From positions 10,540,001 through 10,604,000 of the forward strand of contig OZ024745.1 of assembly GCA_964016885.1 (NCBI GenBank): a stretch of DNA of 64,000 nucleotides, given 5' to 3'. Positions 41,761-53,522 of the stretch are shown in pieces; positions within the stretch are counted from its first letter, which is position 1, and every line of letters begins with the position of its first letter. Source of the stretch: Eledone cirrhosa. Taxonomy: Eukaryota. The notes under the pieces are model-generated. The model had not been told where the DNA came from and searched no databases. It saw only the letters and a list, made by a program, of their open reading frames with translations. The translations under genes were made by a program, and so were the position numbers.

Positions 41761-44300
41761 CATCATCATCATCATCAACGTTTAACGTCCGTGTTCCACG
41801 CTTGCATGGGTTTGGACGGGGGTAGTCCCACTTGAGGCAAGAGTGATTGTCTTGCTCGCATAGGACTGTCTGGCAGGTTTTCTACAGTTGGATGCCCTTC
41901 CTAACACCAACCACATTTACAGTGTGGGTCTGGGAGGTTTTTACCGTGTTGCCTACACGGCCACATTACAGCGTGGACTGTGTGTTTTTTTGTCGTGACA
42001 CCTACACGATCTCATTTGTTTCGGCCCGGATGGCGCGGCACCAACATAACTTTACATAGGACGGGGTGGTGTGGATGGGGTGGGGGTGGTGGTGGTGGGA
42101 CGGGGTGTATTTTGTTAGAGATGCCTACTGGCAAGGCGGGTCTTCTCTGTTACTGAGTACCGCCAAAGGTCTCGGTCCAGTGACATTGTCTTGGAGAGGT
42201 GTAAGTGTGTGAGGTCGGAGTTTATCAGCTCGTCCCAGGTTTTTCTAGGTCTGCCTATTCCGTGGCTACCGTCTATCTTTATTGCCCTGCACTTTGTTAT
42301 ACAGCTATCGACTTTCATGCGCATCACGTGTCCATACCAACGTAGCCTTCTCTCGAGTAAACAACATCTGATCCCTCTTATCTCTAATTTTTTCCTTAGT
42401 TCGTTTATGCTTTGCCGTTCACGTATATTACTGTTACACATCCAGCGGAGCATGCAAGCTTCGTTCCTCTCTAGTCTGCGTATATCCTCTGCACACAATG
42501 CCCAGGTCTCACTGCCATGCAACATTGCTGTTCGTATGCAGGCATCGTACAACCTGCCTTTCATTTTTAGGGAGAACCCTTTAGCAGCTAATAGTGGTAT
42601 AAGCTCTCTGAACTTTTTCCAACCAGTTCTGACTCTAGCTACAGTACTTTCAGAGCACCCTCCCCCACTGCTGATTTTATCGCCCAGGTAACGGAAGCTG
42701 TCCACTATTTCTATAGAACCCTCTGCGCAATTGAAAGAGCTAGTATTGTGTGGGCACTTGCTGCTACTTATTGCACCAGAACACCGGCCACATGTAAAAT
42801 CTATGTTCTTAGTTAGCTTACCTGTGATCCCACTACATCTTTTATGCACCCATACTTTGCATTTAGGACACAAAATGGAGTTTCTACCTACGCCTTTCCT
42901 ACACACCGAGCACGACCATTTCCCAGAAGGGACCGCCGCCTTGTTTTCTTTCCTACAAACTAGAACTTTGGTCTTAGCCAGGTTAATTTTAAGTCCTTTT
43001 GACTCTAGGCCGTGCTTCCATGTTTGGAATTTCTTCTCTAGCTCGGCCATTGATTCCGCTATGAGTGTCAGGTCGTCTGCGTATAGGAGTTCCCATGGGC
43101 AGCCTGTCTTGAACTCCTCTGTTATAGCCTGAAGGGCAATAATAAATAGTAGGGGGCTGAGAACAGAGCCCTGATGGACGCCAACTTTTACGCTAAACTC
43201 TTCACTATATTCGTTGTTAATTCTAACCTTGCTGACTGTTTCTTTATACATGGCTTGTATAGCCCTCAGAAGCCATTCGTCAACGCCTAGTTTTCTAAGA
43301 GCCCACCAGATAATGGAGCGGGGGACTCTGTCGAAGGCTTTCTCCAAGTCGACAAAAGCTAAGTAGAGGGGTTTACCTTTAGCTAGGTACTTCTCCTGTA
43401 GTTGTCGTACTATGAAAAGAGCGTCTGTGGTACTTTTGCCTGACACAAACCCGAACTGCATTTCATCTAGGTCAATTCTCTCTCTGATTAGTTGCGCTAT
43501 TACTTTTTCTGTGACCTTCATGACCTGGTCGATTAATTTAATGCCTCTATAGTTGCTCCTATCTAGGGCGTCTCCTTTACCCTTATAACAGTTAACGATG
43601 ATGCTGCTATGCCAGTACTTCGGAACAGCCCCATTCTGTACGACTTGGTTAACTATGCGGGTGACCATGGTGTGTCCCACCGTGCCAGATGCCTTCAGCA
43701 TCTCAGCAACTATTTCCGAAGGCCCAGCCGCCTTACCTGTCTTCATATCCTTGATTGCCTTACTTATTATACTCCCCTCGACTAACACTGCTGGTCCCTC
43801 TATTGGGTCGACATGGGGGAGACTGTCTTTCTCCCATTTATTCTCCTCATTTAGTAGCCTTTCATAGTGACACTTCCAAGCTGCCTTCTTATCAGTGTCG
43901 GTGATGGCAAGTATGCCATCATCGTTAAGTACACACTTCTCCCCGACAATATCACGGTTTTCCTTGACGCATTGCCTAGCAATCCTGAACACCTCACGTT
44001 TTTGGTCATCGCGTTGTAGGACATGCTTGAACTTTCTTTCCTCAGCTTCCCTTCTTGCTAAGTACACTTCTCTCCTAGCTTCCCTCCTGGCCACTTGATA
44101 GTCTACTCTACTTCCCCCATCCCGCCATACTTTCCAAGCCTGCTTTTTGGCCTTAATTGACTCCTCCACCTTACTGTTCCACCACCATGTTACTCTCCTC
44201 CTGCCTACAGGCCTGCTCCAGCCACAGACTTCGTCTGTGGCCAACAGCAGGTTTGCTTTCAGAAATTCCCACTGTCCCTCTATATTGTCCGACTCTAAGT
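41761..44300 (-). mobile_element. 5'-truncated RTE-clade LINE with (GAT)n tail
   Basis: Uninterrupted RT ORF, ~350-bp 3' UTR, ends ggacgttaaacgtt(gat)n; inserted in TA/CA microsatellite. Confidence 0.95.
42115..44244 (-). CDS. RTE reverse transcriptase (N-truncated) with inserted PHD-like zinc finger
   Basis: GKAAGP, NYRGIKL, QFGF, FVDLEKAFD, GVHQGSVLSPLLF, LLYADDL, FRYLG, HGSETW, RRLRWYGHVMR and GRPRKTW. Confidence 0.93.
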   Translation of the reverse strand: MATDEVCGWSRPVGRRRVTWWWNSKVEESIKAKKQAWKVWRDGGSRVDYQVARREARREVYLARREAEERKFKHVLQRDDQKREVFRIARQCVKENRDIVGEKCVLNDDGILAITDTDKKAAWKCHYERLLNEENKWEKDSLPHVDPIEGPAVLVEGSIISKAIKDMKTGKAAGPSEIVAEMLKASGTVGHTMVTRIVNQVVQNGAVPKYWHSSIIVNCYKGKGDALDRSNYRGIKLIDQVMKVTEKVIAQLIRERIDLDEMQFGFVSGKSTTDALFIVRQLQEKYLAKGKPLYLAFVDLEKAFDRVPRSIIWWALRKLGVDEWLLRAIQAMYKETVSKVRINNEYSEEFSVKVGVHQGSVLSPLLFIIALQAITEEFKTGCPWELLYADDLTLIAESMAELEKKFQTWKHGLESKGLKINLAKTKVLVCRKENKAAVPSGKWSCSVCRKGVGRNSILCPKCKVWVHKRCSGITGKLTKNIDFTCGRCSGAISSSKCPHNTSSFNCAEGSIEIVDSFRYLGDKISSGGGCSESTVARVRTGWKKFRELIPLLAAKGFSLKMKGRLYDACIRTAMLHGSETWALCAEDIRRLERNEACMLRWMCNSNIRERQSINELRKKLEIRGIRCCLLERRLRWYGHVMRMKVDSCITKCRAIKIDGSHGIGRPRKTWDELINSDLTHLHLSKTMSLDRDLWRYSVTEKTRLASRHL

Positions 44301-44304
44301 GTTC

Positions 44305-44345
44305 TTACACACATACGAATATAGACATATATTCACACATAGACA

Positions 44346-44389
<44 letters not shown>

Positions 44390-44890
44390 CATACATATAC
44401 ACAGACACATATATACACTCACATATATATGTGTGTGCACACACACATATATACACACATACACACACATACACATAAACACATATATGTGTATACATGC
44501 ACACACACACATATATCCACATAGATACGAAGATAGACATATAAATAGAGAGACATACATATATATACAACACACATACACACACATACATACACACACA
44601 TATATATATACATATATATATATATACACATATATATATACATACACATATACATATATATACATATACATATCCATATACACATACACATACACACATT
44701 CACATACACATACATATACACATGCATATATACACATATATACATACATACGCACACTCATATATACACACACAATCTTACATTCATATTTGCATGCGCA
44801 TATATGTATTTTTATATTCAGATATAAATACCCAAACATATATAGACACCTACCTACATATATATTCATACATACACGCTTACAAATACA
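44305..44890. repeat. (TA)/(CA) compound microsatellite
   Basis: Direct reading. Confidence 0.9.
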
Positions 44891-46022
44891 GATGATAATA
44901 GTATGGGGGAAAGGGGGGGTTTGGAGAAGGGGATCATAGTAAATATATGTTTCAAGAAACATAGAATATTTTCCGTATCTTGATTCAATGTATGTTTTTA
45001 CATAGTTTCAGTGTTAGGAAATACAATAAACAAGAAATAAGGCAAAATCTATGCATCTCAAAATAAACAAGTATACCATTAATTATATGTTAACTAAACC
45101 AAAGATAGTTAACATATTGATTTCTAAGGTGTAAATTAGTTAGGTTTATAATATTTGAAGCAGAATTTTGAAGTTAAATAGTAGTAGAGTATTAATTATA
45201 GTATAACTAAATTAAAGTTGATAACGTTATGGTATCAATATTAGGAAATGAATTTAGTAATAGGGAAAAAACAAATAAAGTATTACATCGGTAGTAGAAT
45301 ATAAATTATAGGTTAACTAAATTAAAAATTATATATTTATTTCTATAGTATATGTTAATTAGGTATATAATAAATAAAACAGATATTGTATTATCAATAG
45401 CAGAATATAATTATATGCAAATAGAAATCAAAAATTAATACATATACATATACATATACATACACATACATATATACATATATATACACATATATATATA
45501 TATACATATATACACATATATATACACACACACACATAACATACACATATACTTATACATATTTTTTTCAAAAAATTGCATAGAGTATATTAACTAGGTA
45601 TATATCCAAAACACATCCCATTCTATGATTACATGACATTCTGCAATTCGTCTGTATAAGGATACTAATTTTAAGCAAATTAAATTAAATTTTTAGGTTG
45701 ATTAAAATTAAAACCAAATTATAAATATATTTCTAAAATGTATATTAATTAGGTCTATAATACTAAAAATTATTTCTCTGTCATTGGATACACGATATTA
45801 TTATGTTATATTTTATCTGTAAAAGAATTATAATAAAAGGTTTAAATAAATTAAAATTAATCTATAAATTAAATTACTAAGTATATATTAGTAATATTTA
45901 AAGGTTTATCACAATTTATGATTACATAATATTTTATATTCTCATCTGTAATAAAATTTTAATTAAATTAAATTTATAGGTTAATTAACATTTAAATTAA
46001 ATTAATTTCTAAAATAATGTTA

Positions 46023-47699
46023 TTAATTAGGTTTATAATATTTAAATGTTTTTTTTAGTTTATGATTACACGATATAATTAATTCCTGTCGTTTATTTAA
46101 TAAGATATCCTTAGACTTCATTATTTCAAATAGTTCTTGGGAACATAATCTACATTCATTTCTATTATTTTGATAAGGGGTGGCTCTTTTGAGGACACTC
46201 CAGGTCAAATCATATTCTATATTCTTATTTTTATAACTATTGATTTTTTCTGCTAGAGATGTTGTATTAGCCAGTGCGGCATTTTTAAAACTATGCTTGT
46301 GGGTATTAAACCTTGTCTTAAAATTGTTAGAGGTAGCTCCTATATATGAGCAAATAGAATCTTTAGTTTTAACATTACATTTATAGACTATGTTGTTAAC
46401 AAGACAATTCCCTTTTAATGGGCAGTTTGCTTTGTTTCTACAGTTACATCCTTTCGTTAATTCTGTATTTGAGGAGATATTATGGTTAATTTGATGTACT
46501 GGTGGTATACTTATGGTTTTCTTACATTTATAAGCATTATAGGCACTTATATTTTGTTTTATGTTATTTGTTGTAGAGTATGAGAATTTAACTGTAGACC
46601 TATTTAAGATTTGATGGTATTTGTGGTTTGGCGGGAAGTTTTTCTCAAGGATATAAAAAAATTTTTTAGCAATATTATCCTTAACTTGTAAATTAAATGG
46701 AGCATTATACCAAGTAACCCGTCTATTACGGTTTCTATGTTGTTTATTATTTTTATTATTTTTATAGGTTGTATCGTGATTTTTACTAGGAGGATTAATG
46801 TTAATGATCTCACCACAACCATTTTTAGTTATATTTGTAGATTTAGGTGTTTTATCCTTTTTATTAGGAGTTTTATTATTAATATTTATTAGAGTTGTAT
46901 GATGAGTATTTTTTTGAGAGTTACTATACTTTATATTAGAAGATTTGGTATTTTGGGGTATAGTGTGGGTGGCATTTAGGTGTGTACTTTTCATTTGGTG
47001 TTTGTTGGTAATATTATGTTGTATGCTTTCAGTATTTTTAGTAGAAGGTATATACTCTAATCTATTTTTGTGGCCACTTCTATCTAGAGCTTCGTTATAG
47101 AAGGTCGCATTTTTATCAAATACATCTTGGTTAGAAGAAAGGTTAGAAATTCTAAGTGATATATTATATGCAAGGTTTTTAAGGATAGATTTAGGGTGAT
47201 TAGATTGTGAGTGTATGTAATGTAAGTTTTGGTTAGGTTTATGGTAAGGTTGGTAGATACCCGTAGCTAAATCTAAAGTTATATCTAGGAAGTTTACTAC
47301 TTTACTTGTTTTTTCAAAAGTAATATTAAGATTATAATAGTCTTTAAGGAAAGTTCTAATATGTTTTTTGTTTTTTTCAATTTCTGAAAGGCTAAGGTTG
47401 TTAGAAAGAAGAAGACAGTCATCACGATATAAACCACCTTTGAGGTGGGGAAAAGAGGCATTTATGTTGAAAAGGAGAAAGAGGCCCACAAGATCAGTAA
47501 TTTGGGCGGAATCGCTTGAACCCATAGTAATATCAAAAAGATTACTATATGTGTTTCTGGTCCAGTATTCATTCTGAAATTCAATAAGTGTTAGTCTAGC
47601 ATGTGTAATAATATTAATGTCATCCAAAGTTAAGTTAGATCTATTTTTAGCAAATATCAATGCTTTGTTCAGGAGTATAGGTGATATAGAAGAATAGTA

Positions 47700-47700
<1 letters not shown>
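46023..47700 (-). CDS. Penelope-like element (Naiad-type) RT + GIY-YIG endonuclease, 5'-truncated
   Basis: FDITMGS..AQITDLVG, GLYRDD, VNFLDITL, YIHSQSNHP, CNCRNKANCPLKGNC, IVY..YIG..FKTRFNTH, CRLCSQE and LNKRQE..CNH. The first ~12 aa of the listed ORF are microsatellite. Confidence 0.92.
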
Positions 47701-47734
<34 letters not shown>

Positions 47735-47739
47735 TATAT

Positions 47740-48027
47740 GGTGGTTAGAGCATTGGCCTTGCAATCGAGAGGTTGTGAGTTCAATTCTCAGACCGGGTGA
47801 TGTGTTGTTTCCTTGAGCAAGACACTTTATTTCACATTGCTCCAGACTGGGGTCCCTATCATTCCACTGCAAAGTGGTTGTGGAGGCGTCACGGCAAAAA
47901 AAGCACCCTGCACTCACTGTAAATGAGGTTGGTGTTAGGAAGGGCATCCAGCTGTAGAAATCAAGCCAAAATCATTTCCCATCCCACCCTTGCAAGCAGG
48001 GAAAAGCGGACGTAAAATGATGATGAT

Positions 48028-48030
<3 letters not shown>
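47740..48030 (+). mobile_element. CORE-type tRNA SINE family A with RTE tail, second near-identical copy
   Basis: Closely matches 38860-39187, apart from a ~30-bp internal deletion and a clipped 5' end. Confidence 0.88.
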
Positions 48031-48063
<33 letters not shown>

Positions 48064-48296
48064 TATATATATATACACACACACCTATATATACACACAC
48101 ACACACATATATATACACACACACACACATATATATAGACACACATATATATATACACACACACACATATATATATACACACATATATACACACACACAT
48201 ATATACACACACATATATATATACACACAAGCATATATATACATATACACTCACACATATATATACACACACACACACATATATATACGCACACAC

Positions 48297-48331
<35 letters not shown>

Positions 48332-48387
48332 TATATATATATATATTACATATACACACACATATATATATATACATATACACACAC

Positions 48388-48422
<35 letters not shown>

Positions 48423-48433
48423 CATGTATATAT
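48030..48433. repeat. (TA)/(CA) compound microsatellite
   Basis: Direct reading. Confidence 0.93.
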
Positions 48434-48822
48434 ACGTCTAGAAGTTGTCTTAGATGTAACCTAATCATGCAACTCATTTCACTTGGTTACTTTTATTCTA
48501 TAATCCACCCCCCTCCCCACCTCCTACTCTATATCTTCACATAGACCCCCCCCCCCCCTCCTACTCTATATCTTCACATATAAATGCTGGTCTATAATAT
48601 GACTGTTGCGATATCTTTTGAAAGTGTTAAGTGCCAAACCAATTTCACCAATTGTTTCTTAATCTTGGCACTTTTCCCTGTCATTTTGTCAGTCTTATAG
48701 CCCCCTCCCCCTTGCTTCACATGTTTAACCATGCAAGAAATTCCTACATAATAGCTCCTGTATCTTTGATTTAATATATAATATATATATATAATCATCA
48801 TCATCATCATTTTACGTCCGCT

Positions 48823-48855
<33 letters not shown>

Positions 48856-48856
48856 T

Positions 48857-48904
48857 AACCCATGCTAGCGTGGAAAACGGACGTTAAACGATGATGATGA
48901 TGAT
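48857..48904 (+). mobile_element. Very short RTE-tail insertion
   Basis: aacccatgctagcgtggaaaacggacgttaaacgatgatgat. Confidence 0.7.
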
Positions 48905-48980
48905 ACATGTATAATGTATTTTTTAACTGTTACAAAATTTATTTTTATGTTCGTTATTTATATTTTTTATCATTTTCTCT

Positions 48981-49311
48981 TATCGGTAGAGGGTTGGATG
49001 TCATGCTTTGACGCATAGAGTTCCGGCCCTTTCCATTTTGAGTCCAAATCCCGCCGAGGTCAACTTTGCCTTTCATCCTTACGGGGTCGATAAAATACAG
49101 TACCAGTAATGTACTGGGGTAATTGCTGGCCTTGTGCCAAAAGTAGAAACAATTATTTTTGGTGGATTGGCAGTAGAATCGGTAGAACGTCAGACACCTT
49201 GCTTTATAGCAATTATGTCCCTTTGTTCTGAGTTCAAATCCTACTGAGGTTAGCTTTGCCTTTCATCGTTACAGGGTCATTAAAATAAAATACCTGTAAT
49301 GTACTGGGGTT
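48981..49311 (+). mobile_element. Two tandem tRNA-derived SINE family B copies
   Basis: Both carry a B box (gagtccaaatccc / gagttcaaatcct) and ctttgcctttcatc...ggggtc...taaaata..tacc.gtaatgtactgggg. Confidence 0.8.
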
Positions 49312-49487
49312 AAAAAGGTTAAAATATATTTTCATAACTTACCACAATACCTTTTTTAGTTATTTTATTTTTTGGGGACCCTTTTACCATACCACCTGTT
49401 ATACCATACCACCTGTTATACCATACCACCTGTTATTCTTACCATACCATCATTTCTTCTGTTATAATACAGAGAACTGTACTATAA

Positions 49488-52420
49488 CAGCAACACCACC
49501 CCATTGCGCAGGCTGGGTACATTATATTGACACCAGCAACACCACCCCACTGTGCAGGCTGGGTACATTATATTGACACCAGCAACACCACCCCACTGTG
49601 CAGGCTGGGTACATTATATTGACACCAGCAACACCACCCCACTGTGCAGGCTGGGTACATTATATTGACACCAGCAACACCACCCCACTGTGCAGGCTGG
49701 GTACATTATATTGACACCAGCAACACCACCCCACTGTGTAGGCTGGGTACATTATATTGACACCAGCAACACCACCCCACTGTGCAGGCTGGGTACATTA
49801 TATTGACACCAGCAACACCACCCCACTGTGCAGGCTGGGTACATTATATTGACACCAGCAACACCACCCCATTGTGCAGGCTGGGTACATTATATTGACA
49901 CCAGCAACACCACCCCACTGTGCAGGCTGGGTACATTATATTGACACCAGCAACACCACCCCACTGTGTAGGCTGGGTACATTATATTGACACCAGCAAC
50001 ACCACCCCACTGTGTAGGCTGGGTACATTATATTGACACCAGCAACACCACCCCACTGTGCAGGCTGGGTACATTATATTGACACCAGCAACACCACCCT
50101 ACTGTGTAGGCTGGGTACATTATATTGACACCAGCAACACCACCCCACTGTGTAGGCTGGGTACATTATATTGACACCAGCAACACCACCCCACTGTGCA
50201 GGCTGGGTACATTATATTGACACCAGCAACACCACCCCACTGTGTAGGCTGGGTACATTATATTGACACCAGCAACACCACCCCACTGTGTAGGCTGGGT
50301 ACATTATATTGACACCAGCAACACCACCCCACTGTGAAGGCTGGGTACATTATATTGACACCAGCAACACCACCCCACTGTGTAGGCTGGGTACATTATA
50401 TTGACACCAGCAACACCACCCCACTGTGTAGGCTGGGTACATTATATTGACACCAGCAACACCACCCCACTGTGTAGGCTGGGTACATTATATTGACACC
50501 AGCAACACCACCCCACTGTGTAGGCTGGGTACATTATATTGACACCAGCAACACCACCCCACTGTGTAGGCTGGGTACATTATATTGACACCAGCAACAC
50601 CACCCCACTGTGTAGGCTGGGTACATTATATTGACACCAGCAACACCACCCCACTGTGTAGGCTGGGTACATTATATTGACACCAGCAACACCACCCCAT
50701 TGTGCAGGCTGGGTACATTATATTGACACCAGCAACACCACCCCACTGTGTAGGCTGGGTACATTATATTGACACCAGCAACACCACCCCACTGTGTAGG
50801 CTGGGTACATTATATTGACACCAGCAACACCACCCCACTGTGTAGGCTGGGTACATTATATTGACACCAGCAACACCACCCCACTGTTTAGGCTGGGTAC
50901 ATTATATTGACACCAGCAACACCACCCCACTGTGTAGGCTGGGTACATTATATTGACACCAGCAACACCACCCCACTGTGTAGGCTGGGTACATTATATT
51001 GACACCAGCAACACCACCCCACTGTGTAGGCTGGGTACATTATATTGACACCAGCAACACCACCCCACTGTTTAGGCTGGGTACATTATATTGACACCAG
51101 CAACACCACCCCACTGTGTAGGCTGGGTACATTATATTGACACCAGCAACACCACCCCACTGTTTAGGCTGGGTACATTATATTGACACCAGCAACACCA
51201 CCCCACTGTGTAGGCTGGGTACATTATATTGACACCAGCAACACCACCCCACTGTGCAGGCTGGGTACATTATATTGACACCAGCAACACCACCCCACTG
51301 TGTAGGCTGGGTACATTATATTGACACCAGCAACACCACCCCACTGTTTAGGCTGGGTACATTATATTGACACCAGCAACACCACCCCACTGTGTAGGCT
51401 GGGTACATTATATTGACACCAGCAACACCACCCCATTGTGCAGGCTGGGTACATTATATTGACACCAGCAACACCACCCCACTGTGTAGGCTGGGTACAT
51501 TATATTGACACCAGCAACACCACCCCACTGTGTAGGCTGGGTACATTATATTGACACCAGCAACACCACCCCACTGTGTAGGCTGGGTACATTATATTGA
51601 CACCAGCAACACCACCCCACTGTGTAGGCTGGGTACATTATATTGACACCAGCAACACCACCCTACTGTGTAGGCTGGGTACATTATATTGACACCAGCA
51701 ACACCACCCCACTGTGTAGGCTGGGTACATTATATTGACACCAGCAACACCACCCCATTGTGCAGGCTGGGTACATTATATTGACACCAGCAACACCACC
51801 CCACTGTGTAGGCTGGGTACATTATATTGACACCAGCAACACCACCCCACTGTGTAGGCTGGGTACATTATATTGACACCAGCAACACCACCCCACTGTG
51901 TAGGCTGGGTACATTATATTGACACCAGCAACACCACCCCATTGTGCAGGCTGGGTACATTATATTGACACCAGCAACACCACCCCATTGTGCAGGCTGG
52001 GTACATTATATTGACACCAGCAACACCACCCCACTGTGCAGGCTGGGTACATTATATTGACACCAGCAACACCACCCCATTGTGCAGGCTGGGTACATTA
52101 TATTGACACCAGCAACACCACCCCATTGTGCAGGCTGGGTACATTATATTGACACCAGCAACACCACCCCACTGTGCAGGCTGGGTACATTATATTGACA
52201 CCAGCAACACCACCCCACTGTGTAGGCTGGGTACATTATATTGACACCAGCAACACCACCCCACTGTGCAGGCTGGGTACATTATATTGACACCAGCAAC
52301 ACCACCCCACTGTGCAGGCTGGGTACATTATATTGACACCAGCAACACCACCCCACTGTGTAGGCTGGGTACATTATATTGACACCAGCAACACCACCCC
52401 ACTGTGTAGGCTGGGTACAT
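49488..52420. repeat. 46-bp minisatellite array, ~64 copies
   Basis: Unit gacaccagcaacaccaccccactgtg(c/t)aggctgggtacattatatt. Confidence 0.99.
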
Positions 52421-52856
52421 CCAGACAATTCAATAAAGCAGCTTCACTATCACCACCAGCTTTTGGTAATGTAAACATTTTTGTATTCTAGTCCTGTAGA
52501 AAACATTTCTCTATATAATAAACATATCTGTGTGTGTGTATATATACACACACACACATATATACATAAAGAGAATGTGTTCATATACGTATAGAAAATG
52601 TACGTATGAAAATAATATATATATTGTATGTGTGTGTATATATATACACACACTATACTATACGTATATGAATACATTCTCTTTAGCTAGCTTCGTAAAC
52701 CAATATTTATATATTTATTTTCATATGTATGTTTTATATATGTATATTTGCGTATGTATATACATATGTATGTATATATATTTTTATACATTCATTTTAT
52801 ATATCTATATCTCTCTCTCTATATATATATATATTCTCTTTGATTAAATTCATAAA

Positions 52857-52906
<50 letters not shown>

Positions 52907-52939
52907 TGTTATATATATATATATATATATATTATATTG

Positions 52940-52976
<37 letters not shown>

Positions 52977-52980
52977 TATA

Positions 52981-53522
52981 ATATATAGTAAGAAACACAG
53001 TAAACCGTGTGTCTAAAATTACAAGGGTTGAAAAACCACATATGCTTGAAATATTTAACCAAGAAACAGACAGAATGACGAAATGAAAATAAAAATATAT
53101 TATCAAATAATACAAACCGCCTCAATAACCATTATATCTCTCGGACAGATTATCCCTAATCTGTTTCGCCCCGAGTGTGTTTGTAACAGATAATCCTGGG
53201 CTTCATCAGCGAGAGATTGCGATTAAATGCCACAAACACTATTTGCCAACGTTCACACAGAAAGATGAATTCATCACCTCGTGCTTCGCCAGCCAAACGT
53301 GGTAAGCGCGTGTTGAACAGAAATAACAGTCCAACACGCACAACTTAATAGCTCATCCTGTAAGAGAGCCGAAATATATATATATGAATTAGAACCCTGT
53401 AACCATTAAGCTCTAAGTATAAAGTATAAATACTGAGCCGATTAACAATATATAGTAAGAAACACAGTAAACCGTGTGTCTAAAATTACAAGGGTTGAAA
53501 AACCACATATGCTTGAAATATA
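52981..53522 (-). mobile_element. Non-coding hammerhead-bearing element with ~73-bp terminal direct repeats (Penelope pLTR or retrozyme-like)
   Basis: atatatagtaagaaacacag...cacatatgcttgaaatat occurs at 52981-53053 and 53449-53521, bracketing a full hammerhead. Confidence 0.75.
53136..53217 (-). ncRNA. Type I hammerhead ribozyme
   Basis: Minus strand reads ATCTCTCG CTGATGA A GCCC...GGGC GAAA CAGATTA-GGGA-TAATCTG TC^ CGAGAGAT: 8-bp stem I, 7-bp stem III plus the core A-U pair, GUC triplet. Confidence 0.9.

Noticed and set aside
46023-47700. Selenoprotein-type Naiad (in-frame UGA)
   Set aside because: The retained ORF has no in-frame stops, and I did not recognise a SECIS element.
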